A stretch of 64,000 bases of DNA from Pirellula sp. (GTDB lineage Bacteria > Planctomycetota > Planctomycetia > Pirellulales > Pirellulaceae): the NCBI GenBank assembly GCA_031424235.1, contig JANPHB010000209.1, positions 33,608 to 97,607 of the forward strand, in the 5' to 3' direction. A program made the position numbers and the translations under genes. The notes under the pieces are model-generated. The model ran no database searches, was not told where the DNA came from, and saw only the letters and a program-made list of their open reading frames with translations. Within the stretch, counting starts at the first letter, position 1. Each line of letters begins with the position of its first letter. This document shows positions 30,564 through 39,909 of this stretch, piece after piece.

Positions 30564-32192
30564 TTAGTGCACAAACTGCTGTGCTAAATGAAAAGAACGC
30601 AGACCGAGATCGCTAGAGGCATACGATAGGATAATGTTGATCAACTGCGAGTCCCCAACGTGTTCCGCAGATTCTTGTAGCATATAAATGGCTTCACGCG
30701 GCGATGCATGGCACGACTGTACGTACCGAAACAGCCTTGGCCGCCAATGGTCTGAGTATGCTCTGTTGACCAAGTCCTGCGTCTTCTTTAACGCTCGCGG
30801 GTCAAGAAAGAACTGCTTGACCACGGCAAAGTGCGCCAGCGTCCCTATCACCAGCCAGCCCAAGGTAAACATAAACATGACTTCCTTCGAAAACCATCCA
30901 AAGGCCATCACAATCGGCACAAAGACCAAGAGGCTATAGGGAATCGAAAAAAGCCGCCAACGCATCCATGTCAACCGACTCCAAATTTGCCCCGACTCGT
31001 TGCGTATGTCAGCGATCGCCAAATCCGATTGCTTGGCCAATCGCTGGATCGGCGCCTCTTCAAATCCGAGCCCCGTTTGTTCAATGACATCGAAGGCGAT
31101 CATCGCGTTGAGCAGCAAAACCCGATTGTCCGCTTCGCTATCCGTTGCGGCGAATGAGTCCATGACTCCATTGCCATTGCGAGCGATGTCGTCTTGCACC
31201 TGCGCTACTTTAGCGGTCGAGATATTCCACGGGTCTTCGCAATAGCTCCGTATCATTTCGTCAATTTGCCTCCGCATCGTATCGTCAGCAACTTTCGAAC
31301 GATCGAGGCGGAAGTAGTCTCGGACCAAAGTCAAAAACTCCATGTCTTGCTCAAGGTGCCCCGGAATCTCGGTTCCATGTTGCTGGATAAACATCCATTT
31401 TTGCTCATACCACGCATCCGTCGCTCGCCATCGAATCACGCGGAGCAGATGAACATAAAACACGATCCGAGAAACAATCGCTCCCTGTTTGAAATTCGAT
31501 TCGCAGGCCGCAAGAATTTTGGCAAAGGTTTCAAATGGGATACTCCTCGCAACTCGGTCCCAAAGCGGCTCGGTCACTTGATAGAAGACTTCGGCCGGAA
31601 CAATTTTTGAAAGCGTCACCAAAACGGAATGAGCTGTCTCGGTTTCGACATCGCTGGCCAAATGTTCCCGCAAAAGCCTATTCAAGCCTGGGTCGTCTGG
31701 GAATTGTTTGATGCCCGTCAAAAGCCACTTCAAAAATCGCTGCGGATCAGCGCGATCAACCATGTCCGACAGCATCGCAAGAATGTAAAAATCTTGTGGC
31801 GATTTATTGGCTGCTGTACTGAGCTTTTGGTAGGCTCCAAACGGGTCCTGTGTTGCCAAGACCTTGTTCGACACGGGCGCCGAAGCAGCTGCAGAACCGA
31901 CAGACTCCGACCTAGACGGTTTTTTGCCCTCGGACTCACTCGTATTGAAGCTCCAAGCGTCGATTTGCGTTGCAGAGAGCTGCTGCTGAACACCGTACCG
32001 ATTCTGGCTTTCTAATTCTTCGTAGGCTTCGCGGATGCGTTGAAATTCTTGTGGATGCGTTTCCGGCTTGTAGATGCGAATCAACTTGCCATAAGAACGC
32101 TTCAGGTCACTTCGCTCAAATTGCGGCGCCAGACCAAAGAAGCCCACAGGGTCGTGAGGCAATCGATTCCATTGAACTTGGTTGGGTTCCAT
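30564..32192 (-). CDS. DjlB/DjlC-like J-domain co-chaperone with non-canonical KPE motif and C-terminal TMs
   Basis: N-terminus 'DPVGFFGL...DLKRSYGKLIRIYKPETHPQEFQRIREAYEEL'; in an operon with hscC. Confidence 0.75.
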   Translation of the reverse strand: MEPNQVQWNRLPHDPVGFFGLAPQFERSDLKRSYGKLIRIYKPETHPQEFQRIREAYEELESQNRYGVQQQLSATQIDAWSFNTSESEGKKPSRSESVGSAAASAPVSNKVLATQDPFGAYQKLSTAANKSPQDFYILAMLSDMVDRADPQRFLKWLLTGIKQFPDDPGLNRLLREHLASDVETETAHSVLVTLSKIVPAEVFYQVTEPLWDRVARSIPFETFAKILAACESNFKQGAIVSRIVFYVHLLRVIRWRATDAWYEQKWMFIQQHGTEIPGHLEQDMEFLTLVRDYFRLDRSKVADDTMRRQIDEMIRSYCEDPWNISTAKVAQVQDDIARNGNGVMDSFAATDSEADNRVLLLNAMIAFDVIEQTGLGFEEAPIQRLAKQSDLAIADIRNESGQIWSRLTWMRWRLFSIPYSLLVFVPIVMAFGWFSKEVMFMFTLGWLVIGTLAHFAVVKQFFLDPRALKKTQDLVNRAYSDHWRPRLFRYVQSCHASPREAIYMLQESAEHVGDSQLINIILSYASSDLGLRSFHLAQQFVH

Positions 32193-32204
32193 TGCTGCGA
32201 TCGC

Positions 32205-32915
32205 TTAATGACGGCTTAAGCCAACTAGAATTATTTTCAGGATTACGATCATCGCCCACCAGCCATACCATGGGATCTCAAATGAGAAACCACCGCTTGA
32301 GTCATGGCTGGTCGCATTCGAACTCGAGGCAGAGAACGACGATGTGACTCGTTTCATTTTCGTAAGCGTCGCAAACCAGTCTTGCTCAAGAGCATAAAGT
32401 GCCGGGTATTCGGTTTGGATCAGCTTGGCTGCTTTTTGCACGGCCTTCATGCGTTTGCGATCGTCGATCGAGCGTAGAAAGCGATCTCGCACTCTCCCCG
32501 CTTCGACAGGAGGCAGAACGGCAGCCGAGCGAAACGCATTGAAGAGTGGCAAATCCATACCTGGCATTTGCGACAATTTAGGAAACTCGACGCGACAGTC
32601 GGCAGCGGTTTTCAATCGGGATACAACCGGTCCAAACTCAGGCACTCGCTGGACATCGATGGCGTTCAAAGAGTGTTGCAATCGCTCCAGCGGCAATTTC
32701 CAAAATTCCCCTTGCAAATGAGCAATCTGACGACGAACGAGATTGCGCTGAGTACCGAGGTCCGCTTGCGAAGGCCCTTTGTCGAGATCATGGCGTTTGA
32801 GCCCAAGCGCCCTGCGCCGAAAATCCAGCACTTCAGCTGCTTGCCAAACCGGATTCATCTGAAAGACTAAATCCAAATAGCGCTGGACTTTTTCCTCACG
32901 CGACGAAGTCGTCAT
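32205..32915 (-). CDS. Hypothetical helical protein with C-terminal membrane anchor (hscC operon)
   Basis: 236 aa; start overlaps the hscC 3' end; C-terminal 'WYGWWAMIVILKIILVGL'. Confidence 0.75.
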   Translation of the reverse strand: MTTSSREEKVQRYLDLVFQMNPVWQAAEVLDFRRRALGLKRHDLDKGPSQADLGTQRNLVRRQIAHLQGEFWKLPLERLQHSLNAIDVQRVPEFGPVVSRLKTAADCRVEFPKLSQMPGMDLPLFNAFRSAAVLPPVEAGRVRDRFLRSIDDRKRMKAVQKAAKLIQTEYPALYALEQDWFATLTKMKRVTSSFSASSSNATSHDSSGGFSFEIPWYGWWAMIVILKIILVGLSRH

Positions 32916-34641
32916 CGGAGGCCTCCTTGTACTCGATCCCCAAACTGGACAGAGTGATCATCAACGACTGACGCGCAAACTCAAATTCGTTGCGATCGCT
33001 CTTGGCCATCGCGTCCTCGAATAAATCCAAGGCCATGTCGAGTTGCTTGCGTTGTTCCGGATGCAACTCGCCCAGCATACGTTCGCAGAACCTCGCTAGT
33101 TTCTGATGCCGTAAATCTTCGCGTGGGTAAAATTTCAGTTGCTGGATACGTTGAAGCGCCTCTTGGATCTGTTCTTTGTTGAGACCGCGAACATGGTTGG
33201 TCAACGCCGTTCGATGTTTCTTTCCACCCGGAGAGTAAGCCTCGACTTCCAAAATCCCATTAAGATCGTAGGTGAACCGAATATGGATTGGAGTGCCCAT
33301 TGGACCTGGAGGAAGATCCTTTACATGTAGCACCCCTAATTCGACGTTGTCAGCGACTTTCCTCGCGTCCCCTTGGAAGACTCGCACCTCGACTTCACGC
33401 TGATTGGGGGCGATCGTATTGAAGACCTCCTCCCTGGACAACGGAATCGTGCTATTTCGATGGAGAATGGGGTGGAAGTATCCAGGCGTAACTTGGCCGG
33501 CAAACTCCTTGGCAATTTCTACGCCGAGAGTAAAAGGGCAGACATCGGTCATTACCATGTCATCGACCGCTTGGTCGCAGTCGATCAATGCAGCTTGAAT
33601 GGAGGCTCCCAATCCAACCACTTCGTCAGGGTTGTATTCCATGATTGCAGGTTTGCCGAAGTAATCTGACACAAAGTCACGAAGAACCAACATGCGAGTG
33701 GCCCCTCCGACCAAGATGACATCGTTGATATCGGTCGTCTTGAGACTGGCATCGCGCAGTGCTCGATCGATAGGAGGGCCAATCCGTTTCATGAGCGATT
33801 GGGAAAGCTTGGCGAACGTGTTTCGGTCGATTTTGAATTCGGTCGGCTTTTGCGAGTAACTTCCGTCGAGTTCAGGAAGTCGAATCTTGGCGACTTCTTG
33901 CGTCATGAGTTTTCGTTTGGCGAGTTCGCATTCATATCGGAGTCGCGACACTCGCAAAGGTTGCTTGAGCTCAGCAACTTCGAGGTGGGTCTTTTCGTGG
34001 TTGAGCACGGCGGACACAATTCGATCGGTGAAGTCCTCGCCACCTAACATGCTTTCGCCAGCGGTTGCTCGTATTTCTAGTGTCCCTTCGAATACCTCCA
34101 TGACAGTCACGTCGAAGGTGCCACCACCGAGGTCGATGACACAGAGATTTTTCTCGCTATTGCGAGCATGAAACCCATAGACCAAGGCTGCGGCAGTTGG
34201 CTCGTTGATGATTCGCTTGACAGTCACGCCGGCCATTTCTCCGGCTAGCTTGGTCGCTTGTCGCTGATGGTCGTTGAAGTAAGCCGGTACGGTGATCACG
34301 GCTTCGACGACTTTATGATTGAGAAACTTTTCGGCGTCGGAAAGGAGGGACCGCAGGACCAAGCTGCTCAGTTCGTGGGCGGTGAATTTTCGTCCCGCAA
34401 CTTCGAGCGTGCGATCGGAGCCCATGAATCGTTTGAAGCAGGAGGCGGTGCGTTCAGGACGAGCTACACGAAGTTCTTTGGCTGTGTCGCCAACAACCAC
34501 GTCACCCGACTCCAAAATGCCGACCACCGACGGAGTTAGAAAGCTACCATGCGAGTTAGGGATCAGCGTAGGTTTGCCGTCTTGAAAAACGGCACAAAGC
34601 GAATTGGTAGTTCCTAAATCGATTCCAACAGAAGTGGTCAT
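32896..34641 (-). CDS. hscC: Hsp70 family chaperone, HscC type
   Basis: 'GIDLGTTNS', 'TVPAYFND', 'INEPTAAAL', 'DLGGGTFD', 'LVGGATRM', 'MTDVCPFTLG'; short C-terminus without the DnaK tail. Confidence 0.88.
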   Translation of the reverse strand: MTTSVGIDLGTTNSLCAVFQDGKPTLIPNSHGSFLTPSVVGILESGDVVVGDTAKELRVARPERTASCFKRFMGSDRTLEVAGRKFTAHELSSLVLRSLLSDAEKFLNHKVVEAVITVPAYFNDHQRQATKLAGEMAGVTVKRIINEPTAAALVYGFHARNSEKNLCVIDLGGGTFDVTVMEVFEGTLEIRATAGESMLGGEDFTDRIVSAVLNHEKTHLEVAELKQPLRVSRLRYECELAKRKLMTQEVAKIRLPELDGSYSQKPTEFKIDRNTFAKLSQSLMKRIGPPIDRALRDASLKTTDINDVILVGGATRMLVLRDFVSDYFGKPAIMEYNPDEVVGLGASIQAALIDCDQAVDDMVMTDVCPFTLGVEIAKEFAGQVTPGYFHPILHRNSTIPLSREEVFNTIAPNQREVEVRVFQGDARKVADNVELGVLHVKDLPPGPMGTPIHIRFTYDLNGILEVEAYSPGGKKHRTALTNHVRGLNKEQIQEALQRIQQLKFYPREDLRHQKLARFCERMLGELHPEQRKQLDMALDLFEDAMAKSDRNEFEFARQSLMITLSSLGIEYKEASDDDFVA

Positions 34642-34668
34642 TTTTGGGAGAACGTGATGTCAGGCGAA

Positions 34669-34729
34669 TTGAAAATACGCAGTTATTGAAATTACGCAGT
34701 TAAGGTGAGCTTCGTCGATCGACGAAGCT
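34669..34729. promoter_or_regulatory. Candidate operator upstream of hscC: 17-bp tandem direct repeat plus perfect 22-bp palindrome
   Basis: TTGAAAATACGCAGTTA (34669-85) / TTGAAATTACGCAGTTA (34686-702); AGCTTCGTCGATCGACGAAGCT (34708-29). Confidence 0.5.
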
Positions 34730-34757
34730 GTTTCATCCAAGGTCTGGTAGGCAGTCA

Positions 34758-34870
34758 CCCTCCCGCTGGGAGGGTCGAGCGAAGCGAGGGGAGGGTGAAG
34801 TGCCAGAGTCAATCATACAATTCAGTTCACCCTCCCCAACCTCTGGCCGACCCTCCCGGAGCGAGGGTGA
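34758..34870. repeat. CCCTCCC...GGGAGGG palindromic repeat doublet
   Basis: accctcccgctgggagggtcg ... cgaccctcccggagcgagggtga. Confidence 0.65.
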
Positions 34871-35099
34871 TTTAGGATCTTCATCTTTTGTCGACCATGA
34901 CAAATGTGGTATCGATCTTAATAAGTTCTAACAAGGCATCATATTCAACGACTTATAGTCGTGTCGCCACACGCCACAATGTCAAGGATTTCGCGTGCAA
35001 ATGTCGCCCTCCCACCGTCTCGTCGCAGGGGAGATTGTTTGTCACCGCAAGTAACTTTAGCCTAAGGCGTTGAAAGCATCTCCATACTACCATTACGGA

Positions 35100-36038
35100 C
35101 TACTTTTCTTCAGCTTTCGCTGGGCCGATGTTCATCTCCAATTTCATGTCGATTTGCATGGGTATTTCTTGCCCGCCGGCGTTCATTTCCATGCTGATTT
35201 TTGAATCGCTTCGGATTTCAGAAATGGGGAACACATGATTCGCATCCAGCATCATCGTACCTTTGCCTGTAGATTCCAACGACTCCAACGTCACTGTCGA
35301 ACCCTCAGGCAATCCAGGTGTCTTTACTTCTTGTGGCTCAGCGGTTTGTGTCACTTCAACGGTCAAATCGTATTTTCCTCCGTCAATCTTGTTGAGCGTA
35401 TTGATGGAAGTTTGCTTCAATTTCATGCCGTTCACTTCAACAAGTTGTGTGACACTCCACTTTCCACCAACACCGATCGGTTCTTCTGGTAAAGGTGCGC
35501 TCAAGCGGCTCATCGATTCCTTCATTCCGTCGATCATCGCCTTGATCTGCGCGTTGCTTTTGGGTGGTAACTTGATGTCGGATTTCTTTGTGAAGGCACG
35601 ATTTGACATGACTGCACTTCCAGACATTCCCTCGATAGATTTGAGCATGCTTGTCATCGTTTCTTTCATAAGAGCCGACACAGTATCATCGTCAACCAAA
35701 CCGATTTTCGGGTAAGAATATTCAAACGTGAAATCACCGTTGGACGCCACGTCTGTCACTGTAACGTCGACCGTAAACTGCATCGCCGGAGTTGGCGTCG
35801 CAGGCAGTTTCTGGCCACGCATGACAATCGTCTGATCCATTTTCATCGTCATGATGGACGTTTGTTTGGTTCCCATGACCGGAGTCATGCGCAATTTGGT
35901 TTTTGGATTCGAACCCGCTTCAAGCAGTTTGACAACAGCCGCCTCATCCGGCTTTTTTGTTGCTTCTTGTGCATGTGATGCAACGTAAGCGCTGGCGACT
36001 ATCGACGCGCAAAAGATCAAGATTAACTTGCAAGACAT
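35100..36038 (-). CDS. Secreted protein, DUF6263-like
   Basis: Signal peptide 'MSCKLILIFCASIVASAYVASHA|QE'; 'PLPEEPIGVGGKW' motif. Confidence 0.75.
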   Translation of the reverse strand: MSCKLILIFCASIVASAYVASHAQEATKKPDEAAVVKLLEAGSNPKTKLRMTPVMGTKQTSIMTMKMDQTIVMRGQKLPATPTPAMQFTVDVTVTDVASNGDFTFEYSYPKIGLVDDDTVSALMKETMTSMLKSIEGMSGSAVMSNRAFTKKSDIKLPPKSNAQIKAMIDGMKESMSRLSAPLPEEPIGVGGKWSVTQLVEVNGMKLKQTSINTLNKIDGGKYDLTVEVTQTAEPQEVKTPGLPEGSTVTLESLESTGKGTMMLDANHVFPISEIRSDSKISMEMNAGGQEIPMQIDMKLEMNIGPAKAEEK

Positions 36039-36282
36039 TATTTTAGGCCACTTGTGCAAGAGAGCGGATGTGAGGTAATACCGCTAATCATATTCGATTT
36101 GGACTGAAATGTGGCGATAAGCAGGAACACATGGCACTCACTTTATTAGCGGCACGGCGCAAGCGGGCTTTCGGGTTCAGTCGTTTAACAGTCAGCCGTA
36201 GGCGTACTTCGTTTTTTGCCCTCGTTCCAGGGCTCAGCCTTGGAACGCACTGCTTCGATCCATTGTGTTCCCAGGCGGAGCC

Positions 36283-36411
36283 CAACGCGGTGAAGCATTG
36301 TGTAGCGAAACTTGTCAAGAGTTTCGGTCGTTAAAGCGATGCAGCCGAAAGTCTTGACGACTTTCGCTACAAAAGCCTCGTTTTAACAGCGAAAAATGCT
36401 TCACAGCGTTG
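36283..36411. mobile_element. 129-bp MITE-like element (TIR CAACGC(G/T)GTGAAGCATT) with a GTAG REP doublet
   Basis: 17-bp TIR with 1 mismatch; perfect 9-bp flanking duplication GGCGGAGCC (36274-82, 36412-20); inserted in a CCCAGGCGGAGCCTGGG palindrome. Confidence 0.85.
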
Positions 36412-36473
36412 GGCGGAGCCTGGGAGCGAGTTTAAAGATTTTGTCGAAGCAAGAACCAATCGCCTCGCGTTTG

Positions 36474-37421
36474 CTAGTTGAGTTTCTCTGGTTCCGTAAA
36501 ACCGAATTGATCGAGCCATCGATAATCCAACTCCGACTCATCCGTTCGCCCCAATTCGTCTAGAATGCTCGCGCGATGGAATCGGACCACTGCAATTCGT
36601 TTCGCTTGAAGTTCCAAGTCGATGGGCCTCAAGTAGGAGAACTCTTTTTTCAATTTATCCAATCGACCAAGAGGTGGTGTGTCCAGTGAATCGGTTTTTG
36701 TAGCCTCTTCAACTTCGGCTAAAAACAATGCCTCGAATCTGCCTCGTTCTTTGGCGTTGATCCCTTTGATTTGTTTCAGTTCCAGATGAAGCTTTCTGAT
36801 CGATTCTTCGATAAACGCAAGTGCATCTTTGTCCCTGCCTAAGCCATGCAAAACCCATGCTTTCGTGTCTAAAAATTCGATCCTTGAGGTCCCATCGGCC
36901 ACAAGTGCAGCGTCAACTTCTGCCAAACCGGTTTCAAGTTCCTTTTTTGAAAGAGCTCGGGCATAAGCCAGAAAATTGTTTTCTTCCGCGTTTCGTTTGG
37001 AAATCGCAGGGAAAAACCTTTCCATCATTTTGACTGCGAACTCGTTCTCGCGCCGTAAGTGAAAATGTTCCCCGACGAGATGCGCAAGGATCCGCCGCTG
37101 AAACTCCGGCGTTCGTGAGATCAAGGCCACGGAGTCGTCGAATAAGGCTGCGATAGCTTCGTGCGTTGGTTTTTCTTTGTTAAAGACCAAGTCAAATTTC
37201 AAATTCCAATACTCGAGCTCGGTTGCAACTTGATGCGAAAGCAACGCGGCTTGCTTGAGCGATTCCTCAGCCTTGTCGGGATGCCCATCCAAATATTGGT
37301 TTGCGGCCCAGGCTACGGTCCACTTGGCCCGCCAGTCTGGCCCGAAAAAAATCGGCAAAAGTGGTCCAAATGCCAACAGGCACACACAGGCAACAAGGAT
37401 TGGAGTCAGGTACTTTTTCAT
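36474..37421 (-). CDS. Membrane-anchored TPR-like hypothetical protein
   Basis: N-terminal TM; 'NNFLAYARAL', 'FLDTKAWVLHGLGR..DAL' TPR-like segments. Confidence 0.75.
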   Translation of the reverse strand: MKKYLTPILVACVCLLAFGPLLPIFFGPDWRAKWTVAWAANQYLDGHPDKAEESLKQAALLSHQVATELEYWNLKFDLVFNKEKPTHEAIAALFDDSVALISRTPEFQRRILAHLVGEHFHLRRENEFAVKMMERFFPAISKRNAEENNFLAYARALSKKELETGLAEVDAALVADGTSRIEFLDTKAWVLHGLGRDKDALAFIEESIRKLHLELKQIKGINAKERGRFEALFLAEVEEATKTDSLDTPPLGRLDKLKKEFSYLRPIDLELQAKRIAVVRFHRASILDELGRTDESELDYRWLDQFGFTEPEKLN

Positions 37422-37583
37422 CGATAATTCACAGCAAATCCTGGAAATAACCCACATCCCAAATCGAAAACGCCATGGTGTCAGGCGAAACCTTCCACTG
37501 GGAGCAATTGCCTGTTACCATTCTCGGAACATTCATTGAAACGCAGTTGCCAACATCTATCAACCCAACCAGGGAATGATCGA

Positions 37584-37910
37584 ATGCCACTTTTCGAGAT
37601 CGAAACAGATTCTCACATAATTGTCACTTGGGCGAAAGATGAAGCGTCGGCCCGCGATGTTCTTCGCGACGCTTACCCATCCGACGATATTGTTCGTATT
37701 ACCAAACGCCCCCGCGATACCTGGGTCATTTCCAAAGCGGTTTTGGGGGCGACTGGACGCCAATTGGATATTTGTTCGATTGCCCGTGATTGCTTGTCGA
37801 AATCTTCGGGTGACAAGCTGCATGCCATTCGATTGTACATGTCGGAAACAGGCTCCGACCTCGAAAAAGCCCGCCGAATTATTGAATCCAACATGGTAAT
37901 GGGCTGGTAG
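37584..37910 (+). CDS. Conserved small planctomycete protein (DUF6793-like)
   Basis: 'MPLFEIETDSHIIVTWA...KRPRDTWVISK...AIRLYM..TGSDLEKARRIIESNMVMGW'. Confidence 0.75.
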   Translation: MPLFEIETDSHIIVTWAKDEASARDVLRDAYPSDDIVRITKRPRDTWVISKAVLGATGRQLDICSIARDCLSKSSGDKLHAIRLYMSETGSDLEKARRIIESNMVMGW

Positions 37911-37935
37911 CCTACCTCACTCAAACCCAAACAAC

Positions 37936-39231
37936 ATGACCGACTCAAAACGACTGAAGAGCCAAGCCGCCTTTGCCAAAGCCAAACGGCTCATCCCCGG
38001 CGGTGTGAACTCGCCCGCCCGCGCTTTCCATGGCGTTGGTGGGGAACCGATTTTCATCTCGCATGCGTCGGGTCAGTATTTGTTTGACATCGATGGAAAC
38101 CGGTACCTCGACTACATCGGCTCGTGGGGACCGATGATCCTGGGGCACGCTCAGCCGCAAGTCATCGAAGCCATCCGAATCGCCGCCGAAAAAGGAACAT
38201 CGTTTGGCGCTCCGACGGAAAACGAATCGCGGCTTGCCGAGCTGATTATGGCGGCCGTTCCAAGCATCGAGCGCGTGCGTTTGGTCAGCAGCGGAACCGA
38301 AGCGACCATGAGTGCGATCCGCGTTGCCCGCGGAGCGACAGGCCGAGAAAAGATCATCAAATTCGCTGGCTGCTATCACGGCCACGTAGACTCGCTACTC
38401 GTGGCAGCGGGCTCGGCAGCAGCGACTTTAGGCGTCCCCGATTCTCCAGGTGTCACCGCGGGCAACACCAAGGATACGATCGTTCTCGAATACAACGATC
38501 CGCAATCGATCGTCGACACGTTCCAGAAGTTCCCAACTGAAATCGCTGCAATCATCTTGGAACCCATTGTCGGCAACATGGGAACGGTCCTGCCGACACC
38601 CGAGTTTCTAAAAGCTCTCCGCCATGAAACCACCAAACACGGCGCGATCTTGATCTTCGATGAAGTCATGACGGGCTTTCGAGTTGCTTACGGTGGTGCA
38701 CAAAGTTTGTTTGGCATCGAACCTGACATGACGACCTTAGGAAAGATTGTTGGAGGCGGGCTACCTTTAGCTGCCTACGGCGGCAAAGCATCAATCATGG
38801 ACAACGTCATGCCAGCTGGCAAAGTCTATCAAGCGGGCACCTTATCCGGCAATCCGCTAGCAACGGCGGCTGGCGCGACCACGCTCGAGATATTGCGTGA
38901 CGACCCGCCATATGAATACTTGGAAACGCAGGCCAGTCGATTGGCGGCGGGCCTTAAGAGTGCCGCGGACGCTGCGGGATTCCCATCGCAGATGCAGAGG
39001 ATGGGCAGCATGATGACCCTCTTCTTTAATGACGCTCCCGTAGTCGACTGGCCGAGTGCGAACCGATCGGACCGCAAACGCTTTGGCAAGTACTTCTGGG
39101 GGTTGATCGAGGAAGGGGTATACATGCCCTGCAGTCAATTCGAAGCCCTTTTCTTCTCCCGAACCCACCGCCCAGAAGACATCGAACATACGATCGACGC
39201 GGCACATCGGGTGCTGGCGAGAATGGATTAG
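37936..39231 (+). CDS. hemL: Glutamate-1-semialdehyde 2,1-aminomutase
   Basis: 'IPGGVNSPARAF', 'DYIGSWGPMILGH', 'FDEVMTGFR', PLP lysine 'TTLGKIVGGG', 'YQAGTLSGNP'. Confidence 0.97.
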   Translation: MTDSKRLKSQAAFAKAKRLIPGGVNSPARAFHGVGGEPIFISHASGQYLFDIDGNRYLDYIGSWGPMILGHAQPQVIEAIRIAAEKGTSFGAPTENESRLAELIMAAVPSIERVRLVSSGTEATMSAIRVARGATGREKIIKFAGCYHGHVDSLLVAAGSAAATLGVPDSPGVTAGNTKDTIVLEYNDPQSIVDTFQKFPTEIAAIILEPIVGNMGTVLPTPEFLKALRHETTKHGAILIFDEVMTGFRVAYGGAQSLFGIEPDMTTLGKIVGGGLPLAAYGGKASIMDNVMPAGKVYQAGTLSGNPLATAAGATTLEILRDDPPYEYLETQASRLAAGLKSAADAAGFPSQMQRMGSMMTLFFNDAPVVDWPSANRSDRKRFGKYFWGLIEEGVYMPCSQFEALFFSRTHRPEDIEHTIDAAHRVLARMD

Positions 39232-39306
39232 TTGAGAGATAGTAGCTAGCGACAAATGGCGATCACTTTGCTAGCGGAACGGCGCAAGCCGTCCGGTGAG
39301 TGACTT

Positions 39307-39373
39307 CGTTTAACAGTCAGCCGAAGGCGTACTGCCAAAGGAATGCGGTACGCCTTCGGCTGACCGTTAAACG
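39307..39373. repeat. Palindrome family B (CGTTTAACAGTCAGCCG(T/A)AGGCGTAC), full copy
   Basis: ~26-bp stem; other copies at 36182 (half), 41315, 46011, 50322 and 54189 (half). Confidence 0.85.
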
Positions 39374-39387
39374 AGTAAACCCTCGCA

Positions 39388-39909
39388 TCATGCGAATGGT
39401 TTTTGGCCTCGCGCTCTTCTCTCTCCATTGAATAACAGGAACGCTGGTCCATACTTCTTCAGTAGCTTTACAATCTGGGAAGAGCTTGTACCAAGCGTCA
39501 CTGCGACCTGGCTGACATTCCAATCGTATCTTGAAAGAGTCTCCATTAACTCAGCAAGAATAGATGGCCAATCCTGGTTTGCCTCCGAGATGTCGACTCG
39601 ACCGTCGCGACAATAAAGTCGCCACGTGTCGGATCCGATCAACGGGCTGGCTGATTCAATTTTTGCAGCCAGACGAACTTCTACCGCGAGCTTGCAGCGC
39701 AACCGCATGACCGCAACCTTGCGGTTTTCATTTTGCGTTCTGCGTTCACTTGCGGATGCGATAACTCCGGCAGGAAGGAATTCAATTTGGACGCCGGTCT
39801 CGACTTTGTTTCGATTCTGACCACCAGGCCCGCTCGCGCGAGAGAATGTCAAGCGGCATTGCGAGAGCAATTCCTGTTCAGCCCAACATGCCGGATGCAA
39901 ATCGTTCAT
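39388..39909 (-). CDS. Peptide chain release factor-like protein (GGQ domain) with C-terminal HTH-like region
   Basis: 'FSRASGPGGQNRNKVETGV', 'ERRTQNENR'; no codon-recognition domain. Confidence 0.88.
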   Translation of the reverse strand: MNDLHPACWAEQELLSQCRLTFSRASGPGGQNRNKVETGVQIEFLPAGVIASASERRTQNENRKVAVMRLRCKLAVEVRLAAKIESASPLIGSDTWRLYCRDGRVDISEANQDWPSILAELMETLSRYDWNVSQVAVTLGTSSSQIVKLLKKYGPAFLLFNGERRARGQKPFA

